Source of the DNA: Octopus vulgaris
Lineage: Eukaryota
DNA: 64,000 nucleotides
Direction of reading: 5' to 3'
Assembly: GCA_951406725.2 (NCBI GenBank)
Contig: OX597814.1
Coordinates: 102,114,001-102,178,000 of the forward strand
The notes below the pieces were generated by a model. That model saw nothing but the letters and a program-made list of their open reading frames with translations, had not been told where the DNA came from and did no database searches. Both the position numbers and the translations under genes were made by a program. This document shows, piece after piece, positions 52,639-64,000 of this stretch; the first letter of the stretch is position 1; each line of letters starts with the position of its first letter.

Positions 52639-53477
52639 TATACTCATAGTTCTCCAATGAACAGACTCATACATGAGCAGGGTAAACAAACATACATGAA
52701 CATCAACATGTGCACATGCACTCAAACCTCCTTTTAGGTGGTAGTGAAGGGCAGGAGGGATATGAAACAAGATTTAGTTCAGACTGCACAAATAGACTGT
52801 CCTCCATGAAGATTTCTAGGAGAGAGGTGAATTGGAAATTTCCAACCAAAATTGAAAGTACCTGCAGGAGCATATAGACTAAGAGAGATTGGATGGAGTG
52901 AAATTTAAAACTTAGAATAGAAATTAAAAGTTGTTCTTGTAAGAAAGATTGACAGATTAATAGATGGGAGAGAAGGAGAGAGAATTCAAGACAGAGAGAT
53001 AAGGTGAAGGTAATGAAAACAGTGGGACTGAATGAAATTTGACTAAATTATATCATCACATATATGTGGGGCAGCAACAATAAGGAAGGCTGAAGAATAA
53101 GAATAAAGTAAAAATAAACCAGTTTGCTTAGCTGTTTTAGTTTCAGTATACCAAGTGAACTTCCAGAAATGAAACTGTAAACCATGTGCCAATACAATGA
53201 TATCAAATAAATGTAAAATATGTTATATATATATATAATATAAAAATCCATGTAATTTGCCCACTTGTGCAATTTATGAAGGTGATTTTCAGGATAAAAA
53301 TTGTTAAAAAAAATGCTTCTATTCATGTAAAATTCTTTATTTACATATATACATGTAAATCAAACCCATCTCTATATAAAACCCAAGAAGTTTCATCTGT
53401 TAATTTGTATCATTCTCTCTCTCTCCCTACACACACACATATATATACACACACAGACACACACATATATACACATT

Positions 53478-53860
53478 CACTTGTTTCAGTCATTTGACTG
53501 AGCTCATACTGGAGCAACACTTACTTAAAGAGATTGATCCCAAGACTTATTCTTTGTAAGCGTGGTACTTATTCTATCAGTTTCTTTAACTGAATCATTA
53601 AGTTTCGGGGAAAAATATACACCAACATTGGTTGTCAAGCAACAGTGGGGAGACAAACACAGACGCACACATATAAATATATTCATATATAGATGTATAT
53701 ATGATGGGCTTCTTTCAGCTTCTGTCAACCAAATCCACTCGCAAGGCTTTGGTCGGCCTGAGATTATAGCAAAGGACACTTGCCCAAGGTGCCATGTAGT
53801 GGAACTGAACCCAGAACCATGTGGTTGGGAAGCAAGCTTCTAACCACACAGCCACACCTA
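53478..53860 (-). mobile_element. SINE family B, in or just past the FPGS 3' UTR
   Basis: Head GTGGCTGTGTGGTTAG...GGGTTCAGTTCC, with the family B body and tail. Confidence 0.85.
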
Positions 53861-53879
53861 TATATATATATATATATAT

Positions 53880-53911
<32 letters not shown>

Positions 53912-53939
53912 CAGATATATTTTTGAAAAATCATAACTT

Positions 53940-54265
53940 TTAAAGCCCATCAGTATTTAAAAATGATAACAGCTTTCCCACCAAGAGAAGACTACCAGTT
54001 GCAAGAAGCTGAATATGAGCAGCTCCTCTGAGTAATGCAGGAACACCAATCAACTTGTATGAGGGCTTCACAAGGTTTTTAACATCTGAAGAACACCAAT
54101 ACAAGGCATCATTGACAGAAGGACATAGAATACTAACAGCTTCCATTGTATTTCTTCGAGTTGACTTATACTGACATTCAGAAATTTCCTGATGAAGGTT
54201 GTACCACACAGTCTGCATATCTCTGCAATGTTCCATATTCTCCAGGGTAGCTAATTCTTTGAGAT
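53940..54265 (-). CDS. FPGS: Folylpolyglutamate synthase, last coding exon
   Basis: Acceptor ...TTATTCTTAATATCTTGACTAG|AT. Encodes (D)LKELATLENMEHC...CPSVNDALYWCS...LLRGAAHIQLLATGSLLLVGKLLSFL*, which aligns from memory to the animal FPGS C-terminus (FSCISHALQW...HVLVTGSLHLVGGVL). Confidence 0.88.
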
Positions 54266-55183
54266 CTAGTCAAGATATTAAGAATAAAATAAAAGTTTGA
54301 GTAAACATTCTAATTACATTCCATATTCAAATATCACAAAGGTCAAATTTGTCTTTATTAATCCCAAGATTACAAGAAAGGGAGTTGCATTAGGGCCAAT
54401 TTCATTTTATTGACTTTGGGAGCTGGAGTCCCAAAGGTAGTTAGAAGTTGTATTTTGATTTCCTTCTGGTGACTCCAACAAAGTCATTAGGGTCATGCCT
54501 TTTCTCCCCTTGCCATTTGTTTAGAAATCATCAATAAAGTAAAAAGGGGGAGTCTTGTTGTATAAATAACTGTTGGTCTTCCATATAAAATGTGCCCAAG
54601 CCTGCACCCAAAATAGATACAGTTCCAGGAGTTCACAAGACTGAAAAATGCTTATAACATACTTGAGAAACAGGGAAAGAGGAGAATAACAGAAAGAGCC
54701 AAAAATAGCAAGTGGAAGATGCACATATTCCATGAGCAGAGCAAATGAAAACATCTATCAATAGGAAGTTAACAACTTAGTCTTTTTTCAACTGTACAAT
54801 GACATAATTACTTCACATATCAGAACAACCACCACAAACAAAGAATACATATCAAAATTTACACTGCAATAAATACTATGCCCTGCAATATCACTTTTTA
54901 ACATTATAATTATCTATGCGAAGTCACTATCCCTTGGTGATTTTACATATATAGTTTTATCAAAACTGAGCAACCTCATAGCAACAAAAAACCTTATGGG
55001 TTACTGACTTCCACAAATCTGAAAAGAGACCTATAATAGTATTTGTCTGTCTTAATAAAGTTCCCCCAACTCATGCAAACTAGAGCAAAATGGACAGTAA
55101 AACAATAATGATGAGAGATGTATGAATGTGCGTGAGGGAGGGGAGAAGGAATAGAGGAGAAGAGGAAATAGAGGAGAGGGGAT

Positions 55184-55218
<35 letters not shown>

Positions 55219-55264
55219 AAGATAGCAAGTACTGAAGGAATTTTAAATGGTAGCAAACACTTAC

Positions 55265-55328
55265 CTTCAATAACTTTAGGATTATGTTGAAGATTTGGCA
55301 GGAAAATTACAACATCAAATGAACATTC
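55265..55328 (-). CDS. FPGS: Folylpolyglutamate synthase, internal exon (64 nt)
   Basis: TTAG|GAATGT...GAAG|GTAAGT. Encodes ECSFDVVIFLPNLQHNPKVIE (cf. PCQFDYAVFCPNL). Phases match both neighbouring exons. Confidence 0.88.
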
Positions 55329-55639
55329 CTAATTATAACAGAAATAGAAAAATATGACAATCACATTCATAACAAAATGTTAATTCTTTTATCATTAAAA
55401 TTTTTTAAGTCTTTTATTTGTTCTTAGTAAATTAATACAAGAGGAACATCACAAAATGTGGTTGTTTCTAACCTTCACATATGTTTATATGTTCACAGAG
55501 TCCTATTTGTCTGTACTATGATGTTTGAATCTGTAATCTATGCAAAGTCATGCTTTGCATCAAGAATATCTTAGTTTGCCCTATGTAGTTTTCTCCACAT
55601 TCTGAACATGTTATTCTATAAATTAGATTTTCAAATGCA

Positions 55640-56330
55640 CAGATTAAGTTATTTTCCCCATTTTGAAGAGCTGTCTTTGTTTACAACAGATCTCCAACAT
55701 TTCTGACAGATTTAAACATATACCACAGTTGGATCATTTGCCTTTTTTCACTGCTGGTTCTATTGTGTGTAGTTTGGCCTTTGTTAATATTTTTTTCAAT
55801 GATTTCAGCAATCTTTTGCTTTTAATAAATGTTATATGTTTGAAAACTTTGGTTCATTCTAACACCTATTTATTGAAGATTGCTATGCTTTGGAATGAGA
55901 GGAACATTGCTGCAGCAGTGACTCTCAAAGAGTCTACTTGGTGCTTGCCAATGCCTTGCAAGCATTTGTTGCTAGAAAAAAAAAATTCATGCTTTGATAT
56001 GTAAGAAACAGTGAATAATGCATTCACTTGTACTACAAAAAGCCTTCTGGGATGAAAAAAAAAACAGTCAATGCAATTCTGCATATACATTTAAGATATG
56101 ACACACAGATGAAAATTTTAATTTAATGCTATTTCAATTGCATTCAGAGCTTTTAAAGACTGAAAGGCTTTCTGTAATATCATTGAAAGTATTATCTACC
56201 GTTTCTTATATATCTGGTAAACAGCACTGACCAGCTAGAAGTAGGGCAAAACATGCTTGGCATTCTTCTGAGTCATTGCTGTGCCGTTTTGCTCCAGTAT
56301 ACACTGTGCTTTTAACACATGTCCATGAAA
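55640..56330 (-). mobile_element. Possible ancient DNA-transposase remnant (MULE-like)
   Basis: Fragmentary peptides ACFALL and CFFFH, reminiscent of Mutator transposase motifs. Heavily decayed. Confidence 0.25.
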
Positions 56331-56457
56331 AGATTTTCTCTTAGATAAAAACTACAGCATTGTACCTTTCAATTTATAAGGATACACAGATGGCAACATT
56401 TTATTGTAACTTTTTTTTATACAATCAATTTTTATTACAGTACCTCTATCTCTCTCA

Positions 56458-56493
<36 letters not shown>

Positions 56494-56495
<2 letters not shown>

Positions 56496-56649
56496 CGAGA
56501 AGTTGAGGTTACAAGAGATAATGGTGTCATTCAGACACCATTGTTATTATTAATTAATATTCTAGAAACAGCTGTAAGACTTTCTATCTATAAATGCTCT
56601 AATATCTATACAGCCTTGGGTTTTTTTTATCTCATTACGCAAAAAATTC

Positions 56650-56697
<48 letters not shown>

Positions 56698-56810
56698 GAA
56701 TTTTTTGCGTAATAGACAGAAGGTCTTACAGCTGTTTCTAGAATATTAATTAATAATAATAATGGTGTCTGAATGACACCATTATCTCTTGTAACCTCAA
56801 CTTCTGGCTA
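56494..56810. repeat. Near-perfect nested palindrome centred on (TA)n
   Basis: 56494-56590 is the reverse complement of ~56712-56810. Inner arms ATTACGCAAAAAATTCATATG / CATATGAATTTTTTGCGTAAT. Confidence 0.9.
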
Positions 56811-56818
56811 TATATATA

Positions 56819-57196
56819 CACTACCATCAGAAATTAATTAGCACCCTTGATTTGCTCTTTACTTAAGGTATGTGCTGTCACCTAGTGGCCATATCTCGAA
56901 CTATTGCTTTGTTGCGAGTTCACTGTTGCGCAGAACGATGACGTAACTTTGTTTGCAGAGCAGTTTGAGAGTCTACAGCCTTATGATGTTGACATAGCAG
57001 CGCAACAACTTGGAGTGCGGATGCAGACAAATCTTCCTTTGTTTAATAGATATAGGTAGCACCTCGCAAGGACCGAAATCACACCATACTAAGTTTTCTC
57101 ATCGCGTAAGACGTTTTGAACAGCTCATAAGGTTAATTGATTTAACCTATTTAATGTAGAAATTTGAGAAGTGCTAATTAATTTCTGACGCAAGTG
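56819..57196. mobile_element. Tc1-type MITE (378 bp)
   Basis: TA-CACTACCATCAGAAATTAATTAGCAC ... GTGCTAATTAATTTCTGACGCAAGTG-TA. Confidence 0.8.
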
Positions 57197-58191
57197 TATA
57201 CATATATATATTTATTGGGTAAAAAAGTTGTCAGAATTTTGGAAAAAATTCTTTTATATTTCTTCATTATTATTATTAGCGCTTTCATTCCTTTCAAGAA
57301 CTTGTCAAATAGAATTATGTGAATGTACAAACAGCTTGTTCATTTATATAAAATAGATGTTTAGATGTTTTGTTTTTTTGAGGGGGAGTGTAGAGAAGAG
57401 AATATTGTTATTGTTTTTTTGGGTGAGGTTCCATGACACTGGAGATGGATAGATAGAAATATAGGCTGATAGGTAGGCAGGAAGATGGCTGATAGGTAGG
57501 CAGGCAGGGGGAAACAGAGAGAGAGGAGTTTCCACCTTCCTATTCACCATTCATTTATTTATTTATCTAGTCCTTTACCATTGTATTGGAATGGGTTTAT
57601 GGATGGTGACCTGTTCATAAAAAAAAAAAAAGCAGGTTCGGTTTGGTCATCACATTTTCATAAGTTTTGAATTAAAATCTTCAACCAAAACTTAGTCACA
57701 ATTTATGTTCTTAACACTAGCTGAATGATGACTAAGTTATTTTACTAAATTCTTTGTCGTATTTAAAGTAACTGAAAGAAATACAGAGCAACTCAAAATA
57801 AATACAGTAACAAAAGGGTTAAAGATGTATCCATAAGTACTTGCTCCATTTCAAAGATAATCTGCCATAAGCTTTCTTAAATGAAATAATGAAACATTGA
57901 GTGCTTTATTGATATATGCCTGGACTGTTTAATCCCTTTTACTTGTCATATAATCTATTATTCTCTATTACTAATGGAGTGAATCCTTACATCTGTGCTT
58001 TTAACACTAGAAATAACAGCCAAATATCCATCAGACGACACCTAACAACTTAAAAATTTTAAAGAGATGTTGTCATAGAAATATTGTGGTTGAATCAGAG
58101 ACAATGTTCACAACTGTCACACTTCTGATCCTATGTCCACTCAAAAATAAAGCTGAGTTAGGGCTAAACAAAAACAAGAGTAACAATTTAC

Positions 58192-58273
58192 CTTTAAAAT
58201 AGAGAGGAGATTTTTCACTTTCCTTCCTCCAGTTACAGTGAACATCAAAACACGGATCATCTTCGTACTTGAT
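58192..58273 (-). CDS. FPGS: Folylpolyglutamate synthase, internal exon (82 nt)
   Basis: TTTTTCCTCAACAG|A...TTAAAG|GTAAAT. Encodes (K)SSTKMIRVLMFTVTGGRKVKNLLSILK (cf. VRVLLFNATGDRDPAALLKLLQ). Confidence 0.87.
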
Positions 58274-59009
58274 CTGTTGAGGAAAAACACCACTAAGTTA
58301 TGATATCTGGATTAAGTAAATACTTTGATACAAAGTAAAAAGAAAGAAAAGAAATAATAAAAAAAGAACAGTATTAATATGATGTGAAATATAAATTTAT
58401 CGAATAGCTAAAGTTATATTGATGGCAGCATTAATTCATATACTCAGGTATTAGATCTGAAACCAGTGACTGAGCTTGTGCCAGTGCCTGAAGTGACTGT
58501 CCAGGCCAAATGTGGTATAGAAGAGCCTTATTGCAGGTGAAGTTGGCCTCAGGCACCAGACCATGCAGAGCCCCCAAATTCCGTTTTCAGGACCAGTTCA
58601 AGACCACTCTCTTCTGCTGCTCCATTGACACAAATACCTGGGAGACAGTTGCCAAGGACTGCTCAAAGTGGCAGTATGTCATCATTTAGGGAACAGACAT
58701 GATGGAAAATAACAGGCAGAGATCAAGCACCAAAGATGCAAAGAGTAACATTAGATCAACAAATATAAAAGTTTCATGAAGCTGTATGGTCATGTGGTTT
58801 GTATATTGCATTCAAGATCATAATCTGGATTTGATTCTTGAACTGGGCTGCACATTTTTTCATTGAACATGGTACTTCATTTCACAATGCTCCAACCAAC
58901 TCAGCTGAAATGAGTGGCACCGAGTCCCCTCTTCTTTGATATTTCATTCTATTATGGGTGAGAGGACCAAGAAAGTGTCTAGGTCTGCTCATAATTTAGA
59001 TAACTTAGA

Positions 59010-61090
59010 TTGATTTCGGCCATTATCGCCCCAGGCCATGACTAACTCAATAGCACCACCTGGAAAAGTGTTTTAGTTAATTATTTCGGGACACCATGGA
59101 CTACTCAAGCAGAGAGTTGTTGTTGGTTGAGAAGTATCCAGGTGTAGGTGGTTTATCCAGTATATCCTGGAGGAATTTGTCCAGGTATTGTCTGAAAGTT
59201 GTGGAGTCTTTTCCTACTTTAATTTCTTTCAGAATAACATTGAAAAGAGCAGGACAATTTGCAGTGAAGAAATTGTGTTGCAATGTTCTTATGTGATGTG
59301 ATCTCGACCTTTGTAGGGGACACATTACACAGGGGCCTAGTCTTGGGTGAATTGTAAATATAATACCGATGTCATTTAGATAATATTGGTGGAATATTTT
59401 CCACATGGTGCAAATAATGTATCGCTCACGGCGACGTTACAGACAGTAGAGTTTCAGCTGTTTAAATCAAGCACAATAATCAAGTTCCATCATACTGTTT
59501 ATTTTTTTGGTGATTGATTTTTGTGGCACTTCGATCCTCGCTATGTCTTGTTTTGTGTAGAGGGACCACAATGGGCAGCAGTATTCAAGGTGGGGGCCTA
59601 GCGAATGTGGAGAAGAGAAGGATGATGGTTTTATGATCCCTAGATTGAAAAGTTCTAAGGATCCATGAGTACATTCTGCAGGCAACATCGACTTTTTTGT
59701 TGATGTGCACATTCCAGCTAAGGTTGCTGTCGACAGTTACATTCAAGTCTCTGATACTATCTGACGGTAGTGTATATGGTTGTTTGAGTGTGCCCCCTTT
59801 TCCAAAGTGGATGAGCTCAAATTTTTCCTTGTTCAACTGCATATTCCTTTTTTATGCCCACTGGGTTACTGCACATAAGTCTGATTGAAGCATCATTTGA
59901 TCATATGCTCCCTTGATGACTTTCTGGAGCTTAGGGTCATCTGCAAATATTTTAATGGTGCTATGTTCAATGGAATTGGCAATGTCAGTGATAGAGACAA
60001 TAAAAAGAAGTGGACGCAGCACAGTACCCTGAGAGACTCCACTGATGACTTTTGCTGGTCTTGAGTGGATGCCATCAACCACAACATGCTGGGTCCTGTT
60101 TGTTAGGAAATACCTAATCCATTGAAGTAGCTTTCCACCAACTCCAGCATTGGATAATTTCCTTAACAGTATATTGTGGTCGACTCTGTCAAAGGCCTTG
60201 CTGAAATCAAGGTATATGACATCCGCGTTGGAACCCTCACTTAGTGCATTTAAGATGTCATCAAAGTGGTGGAGGAACTGTGTTGGACAGTCCCTCCCAC
60301 CATGAAAGCCATGCTAGTTGCAATTTAGGAGATGATTTCATTCTAGGAAGGCTGTTATTCTTGATCTCAACACTCCCTCAAATACTTTGATGATATGTGA
60401 GGTGAGTGAGATTGGACAGTAGTTTACAGGGAGTGATTTATTTCTCTTTTCAAAGATAGGAACGACTGACTGGGAGAGGTTTTGAGGGATAAAACCACCA
60501 TTCATTGATTTCCTCCAGAGATTTGCAAGAGGAGCTGCAAGTTGCTGTCTGCATTCCTTCAGCATGCTAGCAGGGAACCTATCTGGACCCACTGCTGAAT
60601 CAGGTTGGATTTCTTTTATTGATGCTAGGATATCAGTGGCATTGAAGGTTATGTTGGAAAGGACATGTTGAGGATTCAAAGAAGCAAAGCTGCTTGAGTC
60701 AACTGAATCAGGGTCACTGAAGACAGAGCAGTATTGACTTTGCAGGATCTCAGCCATGTCTTTGGCATCACTGTGAAGAAATGCTGTTTCTGCCAACCAG
60801 TGGGCCAATAGAGGAAACTGTGGTCCTATGTGTTTTTACAAAGGAGTAAAAGACCTTAGGATTATTCTTGATATTTTTAATAGCCCAGCCTTCCTCTGCA
60901 GCTCTTTGGTCATTTATGAGAGTTCTCATACAGTCCTGCAGTTGTTGCTTCTTTGATTCCAAGGTTGTTAATGTTCACAATTGGGGCTGCTGCTGAAGAT
61001 GGTATTTTAGAGTATTGATTTTTCAGTTTATTCTTTTTGTTCTCCTGGTGAGCACTTATCTCTGTTTTGGAATCCTGCATCTATTGGGCT
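59010..61090 (-). mobile_element. CR1/L2-group LINE remnant in an FPGS intron
   Basis: NPKVFYSF; GPDRFPA; NYCPISLTS; YLDFSKAFDRVDH; SGVSQGTVLRPLLF; FADD; LEYCCPLWS. Multiple frameshifts. Confidence 0.88.
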
Positions 61091-61659
61091 ATATGGTTAA
61101 CTAAAACAATTAACAGAAGCATGGCATGTGCTTGCAAGGGGTTGGGTGAGAAGTATTAAAGTTTACACTCATTATACTAAAGTTTTGGTTCAAATGTATT
61201 AAGCAAAAACTTAAGTATATTAAAATTTAAATTCAAGTATCATCGCTACCACCACCATTATTTAACATTCACTTTTCCGCGCTTGCATAAGTCAGATAGA
61301 ATTCATCAAGATAGAGATTTTTGACAGCCAGATGCCCTTCCCGTCACCAAGCCTCACCTACTTCCAAGCAAGGTAATATTTATTTTCCATGGCCAGACAT
61401 GATTTTCACAGATGACTGGAAATAACAAACTCATTTGTATATTGGTGATGCTCATTTACAACCATCATGATGACAATAAAAAAGCTACACACACACACAC
61501 ACACACTCACCATATATGTATATATATAGTGTTCAATTTATAGGAAAGATCCAGGAGATTGATTATAAGGTAGCTAAATGTTGCTTAAGTGTCCCAGCAA
61601 TCAATGGTCACACTTGTGTGAGATTTGATTCTGGAGAGAAGCGAGATGTATTTAGTAGA

Positions 61660-61785
61660 ACATAGGAAAAATTGAAAATAGAGATAAATGCTCAAGATGT
61701 TATTAAATCATTTATATCTTCATATCATCAAAATGATTTAATAACATCTAGAGCATTTGTCTCCATTTTCAATGTTTCCTATATA
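61660..61785. repeat. ~55-bp-arm hairpin
   Basis: ATAGGAAA.ATTGAAAAT.GAGA.AAATGCTC.AGATGTTATTAAATCATTT followed by its reverse complement after a short spacer. Confidence 0.8.
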
Positions 61786-62757
61786 TGTACATGTATGTAT
61801 ATTTGAATGAATAGAAGAATTCTTTAGCACATCTTTAATTATAAGTTACAAATGTTTCCATACCATCTCCATTTGCAACACCAGTTTACGTGAAAATTTT
61901 TTAAAAAATATTTGTGGTTTTAGGCATTGGAGAGGCACTTCCTCAGACTTGCATCAAACATGCTATCACATTCTGTGTCTATCAGACCTTGTTGATAGGA
62001 AAATATTGGGGGGGGGGGGATAATAAAAGATTAAAAGTATGTATGTGGGACAAGAATGTGGACATAGGGTGGATTAAGAGGGTGGATACACATAATAGAA
62101 GAAGAAGGTGGTGGTGGTAGTGGTGATGATGATGATGATGATGATGATGATATAGTGGGTAGTGGTACATATAGCAGAACAGTTTATCTAGACTGGTATC
62201 TTTGCAGGGGACCATTCCACAAGGTAAAAAAAGGCTGTAAGCGGGGTTAAGTTGAGTGTGTATAGCGGCAATTACACAAAATATGTATATATGTATACAT
62301 GCAAAATAAGAGAAAGCAAAAAGAGGATACTTTCAGATGATGAATTTTTAAGCATGAACATATAGATATTTATAGAAATAGATTCAACTTACACAGAGTA
62401 CAAACAACAGAGAAAATTAAAGCGGTGGAAGAAAGGTGTTATAAGTTCAACAACAGATGAACTACATTTACCTACCAACATTATTATGGATCTCCAAACC
62501 TCCAGAAACAGCTGTTGAACTTATAATTGCTGCGCTCTCTCCCCACCCCTATACACACACACACACGCACATATATATATATATGACACACCTCTTACAG
62601 TTATTTTCAACTAGCAAGTGTTAGGATCAGGAAAGAAAAATGCACAAAAAGTTATTTGGCTAGAAAAGGGAGAAATAAAGCAAACAGTATAATACATAAT
62701 GAAAAAAGGATGTATAAAGTAATTTGATGAAACAGCACATTACTTCATACTACGTAC

Positions 62758-62807
62758 TTGGATTTCATCTCTAGATTACATTGTTTCAGAAACCAGTCAG
62801 CACAGGC
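62758..62807 (-). CDS. FPGS: Folylpolyglutamate synthase, internal exon (50 nt); upstream exons not found in this window
   Basis: TTTTTGATAG|GCC...TCCAA|GTACGT. Encodes ACADWFLKQCNLEMKS (cf. ACVRWFRQ). Its phase-2 end is completed by the first base of the 58273 exon. Confidence 0.85.
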
Positions 62808-63299
62808 CTATCAAAAATATAGAGAGGGATACATGTCATATAAAGTTCTAATTACTGTTTTAAAGACTAGATTTTCACCTAAAACAGAAATTCATACATT
62901 GGAATTGTGTTAATTTTGACAAATGTAGTTTGAAGGTGGTATGGAATAGAGTATTAAAATGGAAAGGAATGATGAGGATTTAAAAATGATCCAATAGTAA
63001 TTTTAAGACAAAATAAGTTACAGCAATGCCTAAATTGCTTTTCAGATTAGACACATTTCCATTGCAGTCATTCTGGTATCATTCTAAACCTATTTTGATG
63101 CAGAAAACCCTGTCGTTGTTGTCATAGGAATACAGTGACAGTGACTTCTAAACTGTATGATGCCCTATTCTATACCTATAAATAAAAATAGAAATGTCAT
63201 ACCAGGTAACAGTTCAGATACATGTTCAACATATTTGGCCAAATATTCTAGGTATTTAAGAAACAATGTGATAAAAATTAGGTGTAGGAACAATTATAT

Positions 63300-64000
63300 T
63301 TAATCTTTCATATTAATTTTTCCTGTTTTTCAGGTGGTCAGAATATGCATCAGAATAACTGAGCTTAGGCTAATATCATAGGAAATAGGACAGCAACAGT
63401 AATTTCTGCTTATGCGTTACTGTTAGAACTGACAGACAAGGAAAGGACTGCTACCAAGAGGTTTCCAGCAGATTACCTCAAAATTTGTAGACGAAACAAG
63501 GTTCTAATAAAATAGAGAATGATATAGTGGTAGAAATGTACTGTAAAGAAACAGAAAAACCAAGAGGCAGACTGGAAAAGGACAGAAGGAAGGAGAACAC
63601 AAGGAATGATATTAGGTAGATTGAAGATAAACTAAACATCAGGCATACCTAGTAAGAAGAGATGTTGAAAGTAAGAGATTAACCAATATTCTATGTTGTG
63701 AGAAACAAGCATGAGTTCTTTCTGGATTGTGAGGCAATGTGTCAGTGTAAATTGAGATGTCATTGTTGAAAAGTGTGTTACAGAATATTAACATCACACT
63801 CTGATGCTGAGAAGGAGGTAAGGAAATGCTACTATGAGAGATTATTGTAAGTACAATACATGGAAGAGAGTCCCCGACCAGACACAATAGAGAGACTTGA
63901 TACTGAAGTTGATAACTATACAACTGAAAGGGCTTTTTATGGATACAACAGCTGGGAAAGCAACTAGACTATCAAGAGTAACCTCCAATGTTGAAAATAT
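63300..64000 (+). mobile_element. RTE LINE remnant (pre-RT region)
   Basis: Plus-strand peptides KRLTNILCCEKQ, DAEKEVRKCYYERLL and AGKA...MLKI resemble the RTE segment W..HYERLLN...GKAPGPSG..AEMLK. Confidence 0.6.

Noticed and set aside
63060-63180. Acceptor-like TTTATTTATAG as the FPGS DGAHT exon
   Set aside because: All three frames hit stop codons quickly and there is no DGAH motif.
63639-63923. 94-aa minus-strand ORF as a further FPGS exon
   Set aside because: No FPGS motif; the opposite strand translates to RTE-like peptides.

Overview
Repeat-dominated eukaryotic DNA. The microsatellite, SINE and LINE landscape suggests a coleoid cephalopod, probably Octopus; this is an inference, not a database result. 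Two host genes can be rebuilt from splice signals, both on the minus strand. (1) A complete single-cysteine-cluster Toll-like receptor of 824 aa, with coding exons 23735-21499 and 10629-10392; a 10.9-kb phase-2 intron packed with retroelements splits its TIR domain. (2) The last four coding exons of folylpolyglutamate synthase (FPGS; 62807-62758, 58273-58192, 55328-55265, 54265-53940). The rest is mostly decayed mobile DNA: R4/Dong-like LINEs at (AAT)n tracts, RTE and CR1/L2-group LINEs, L1/Tx1-like ORF1 remnants, Penelope-like fragments, a Mag-type Gypsy element, Helitron pieces, Tc1/mariner fragments, MITEs and at least two tRNA-derived SINE families. The most unusual signal is a short repeat family built as tRNA-like Pol III head + (AAT)n spacer + minimal type I hammerhead ribozyme. 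It has three copies, two of them head-to-head, and one was invaded by a Dong-like LINE at its microsatellite. Repeat boundaries were read by eye and are approximate unless a TSD, TIR or splice site is quoted.
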